DNA of 64,000 nucleotides from Nymphaea colorata (taxonomy: Eukaryota). The notes beneath the pieces were generated by a model, which was not told the origin of the DNA, searched no databases, and saw nothing but the letters and a program-made list of their open reading frames with translations. Shown piece after piece: positions 63,637 through 64,000 of the stretch. Position numbers and translations under genes: made by a program. The stretch's first letter is position 1. Each line of letters opens with the position of its first letter. The stretch covers positions 11,904,001 to 11,968,000 of the forward strand of contig NC_045138.2 in the NCBI RefSeq assembly GCF_008831285.2, read 5' to 3'.

Positions 63637-63854
63637 CACAACGAAGATGGCTTGGAAGATTGCACAGGTTTTGTATCTCCCCCAGTAGGCGTCGCTGAGG
63701 AAAGCACCGACGAGGGAGAATATGTAGACCGTCCCCGTCCATTTGCTCACGCTGTTGGCAGCCGCTGCGTTGCCCTGCTGCATCACCCTTGTCAGGAACA
63801 GCACCAGATTCACACCGACCCCGAAGAAGGCAAGCATCACAAGTCCTTGGTTCA
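63637..63854 (-). CDS. NPF7.3: NPF7 transporter, internal exon (218 bp); upstream exon(s) outside the window
   Basis: TAG acceptor and GTACGT donor; NQGLVMLAFFGVGVNLVLFLTRV..SVSKWTGTVYIFSLVGAFLSDAYWGRYKT, lacking the ExxER motif as is typical of NPF7. Confidence 0.96.
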
Positions 63855-64000
63855 CTACCCTCCAACCGAAAAAATATGTTCAAGAAAGAACAAGTAATCC
63901 AGCGTTTAGTTACAAAATCAAACTAAAACCCCAAGATTTTTCCTTTCTTTTTGTTTTGTTTATCAATCAGAAACCACCAACGTGTAGTGATCTAGAAAGC

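Noticed and set aside
60767..63897. Plus-strand ORFs overlapping the NPF exons, and ORF extensions into its introns
   Set aside because: Antisense shadows of a real CDS; the splice sites and phases define the true exons.

Overview
Plant (angiosperm) nuclear DNA; the species cannot be fixed from sequence alone. About 57 kb is a nested transposon block, followed by the last three coding exons of an NPF7-type (NRT1.5/NRT1.8-like) nitrate/peptide transporter gene on the minus strand, whose first exon lies beyond the window. The block holds: (1) a complete but internally deleted Ty1/copia element (Ikeros/Angela-like, 1014-7005); (2) an old Ale-like copia (8699-~22148) split by an 8 kb Ty3/gypsy LTR+gag insertion with a ~3.0 kb tandem duplication; (3) a younger Ale-like copia of the same family (23560-28818); (4) CACTA termini and a spliced TnpA-like pseudogene; (5) a 5'-truncated copia with an inverted fragment of another copia inside its RT; (6) two degenerate L1 LINEs; (7) a 3.17 kb Ogre/Tat-like solo LTR; (8) several MITEs. 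The strongest unusual signal is in copia (1). An ATG and splice donor inside the LTR join in frame to gag across a 2.08 kb intron. That intron contains the PBS, a CpG island, a palindromic repeat array and four consecutive long hairpins, each capped by C-CAAA-G, which suggests a retrovirus-like separation of translated and packaged RNA. A miR167-like hairpin with an upstream TATA box and an inverted MITE pair downstream of the NPF gene also deserve checking. All identities and alignments were judged by eye.
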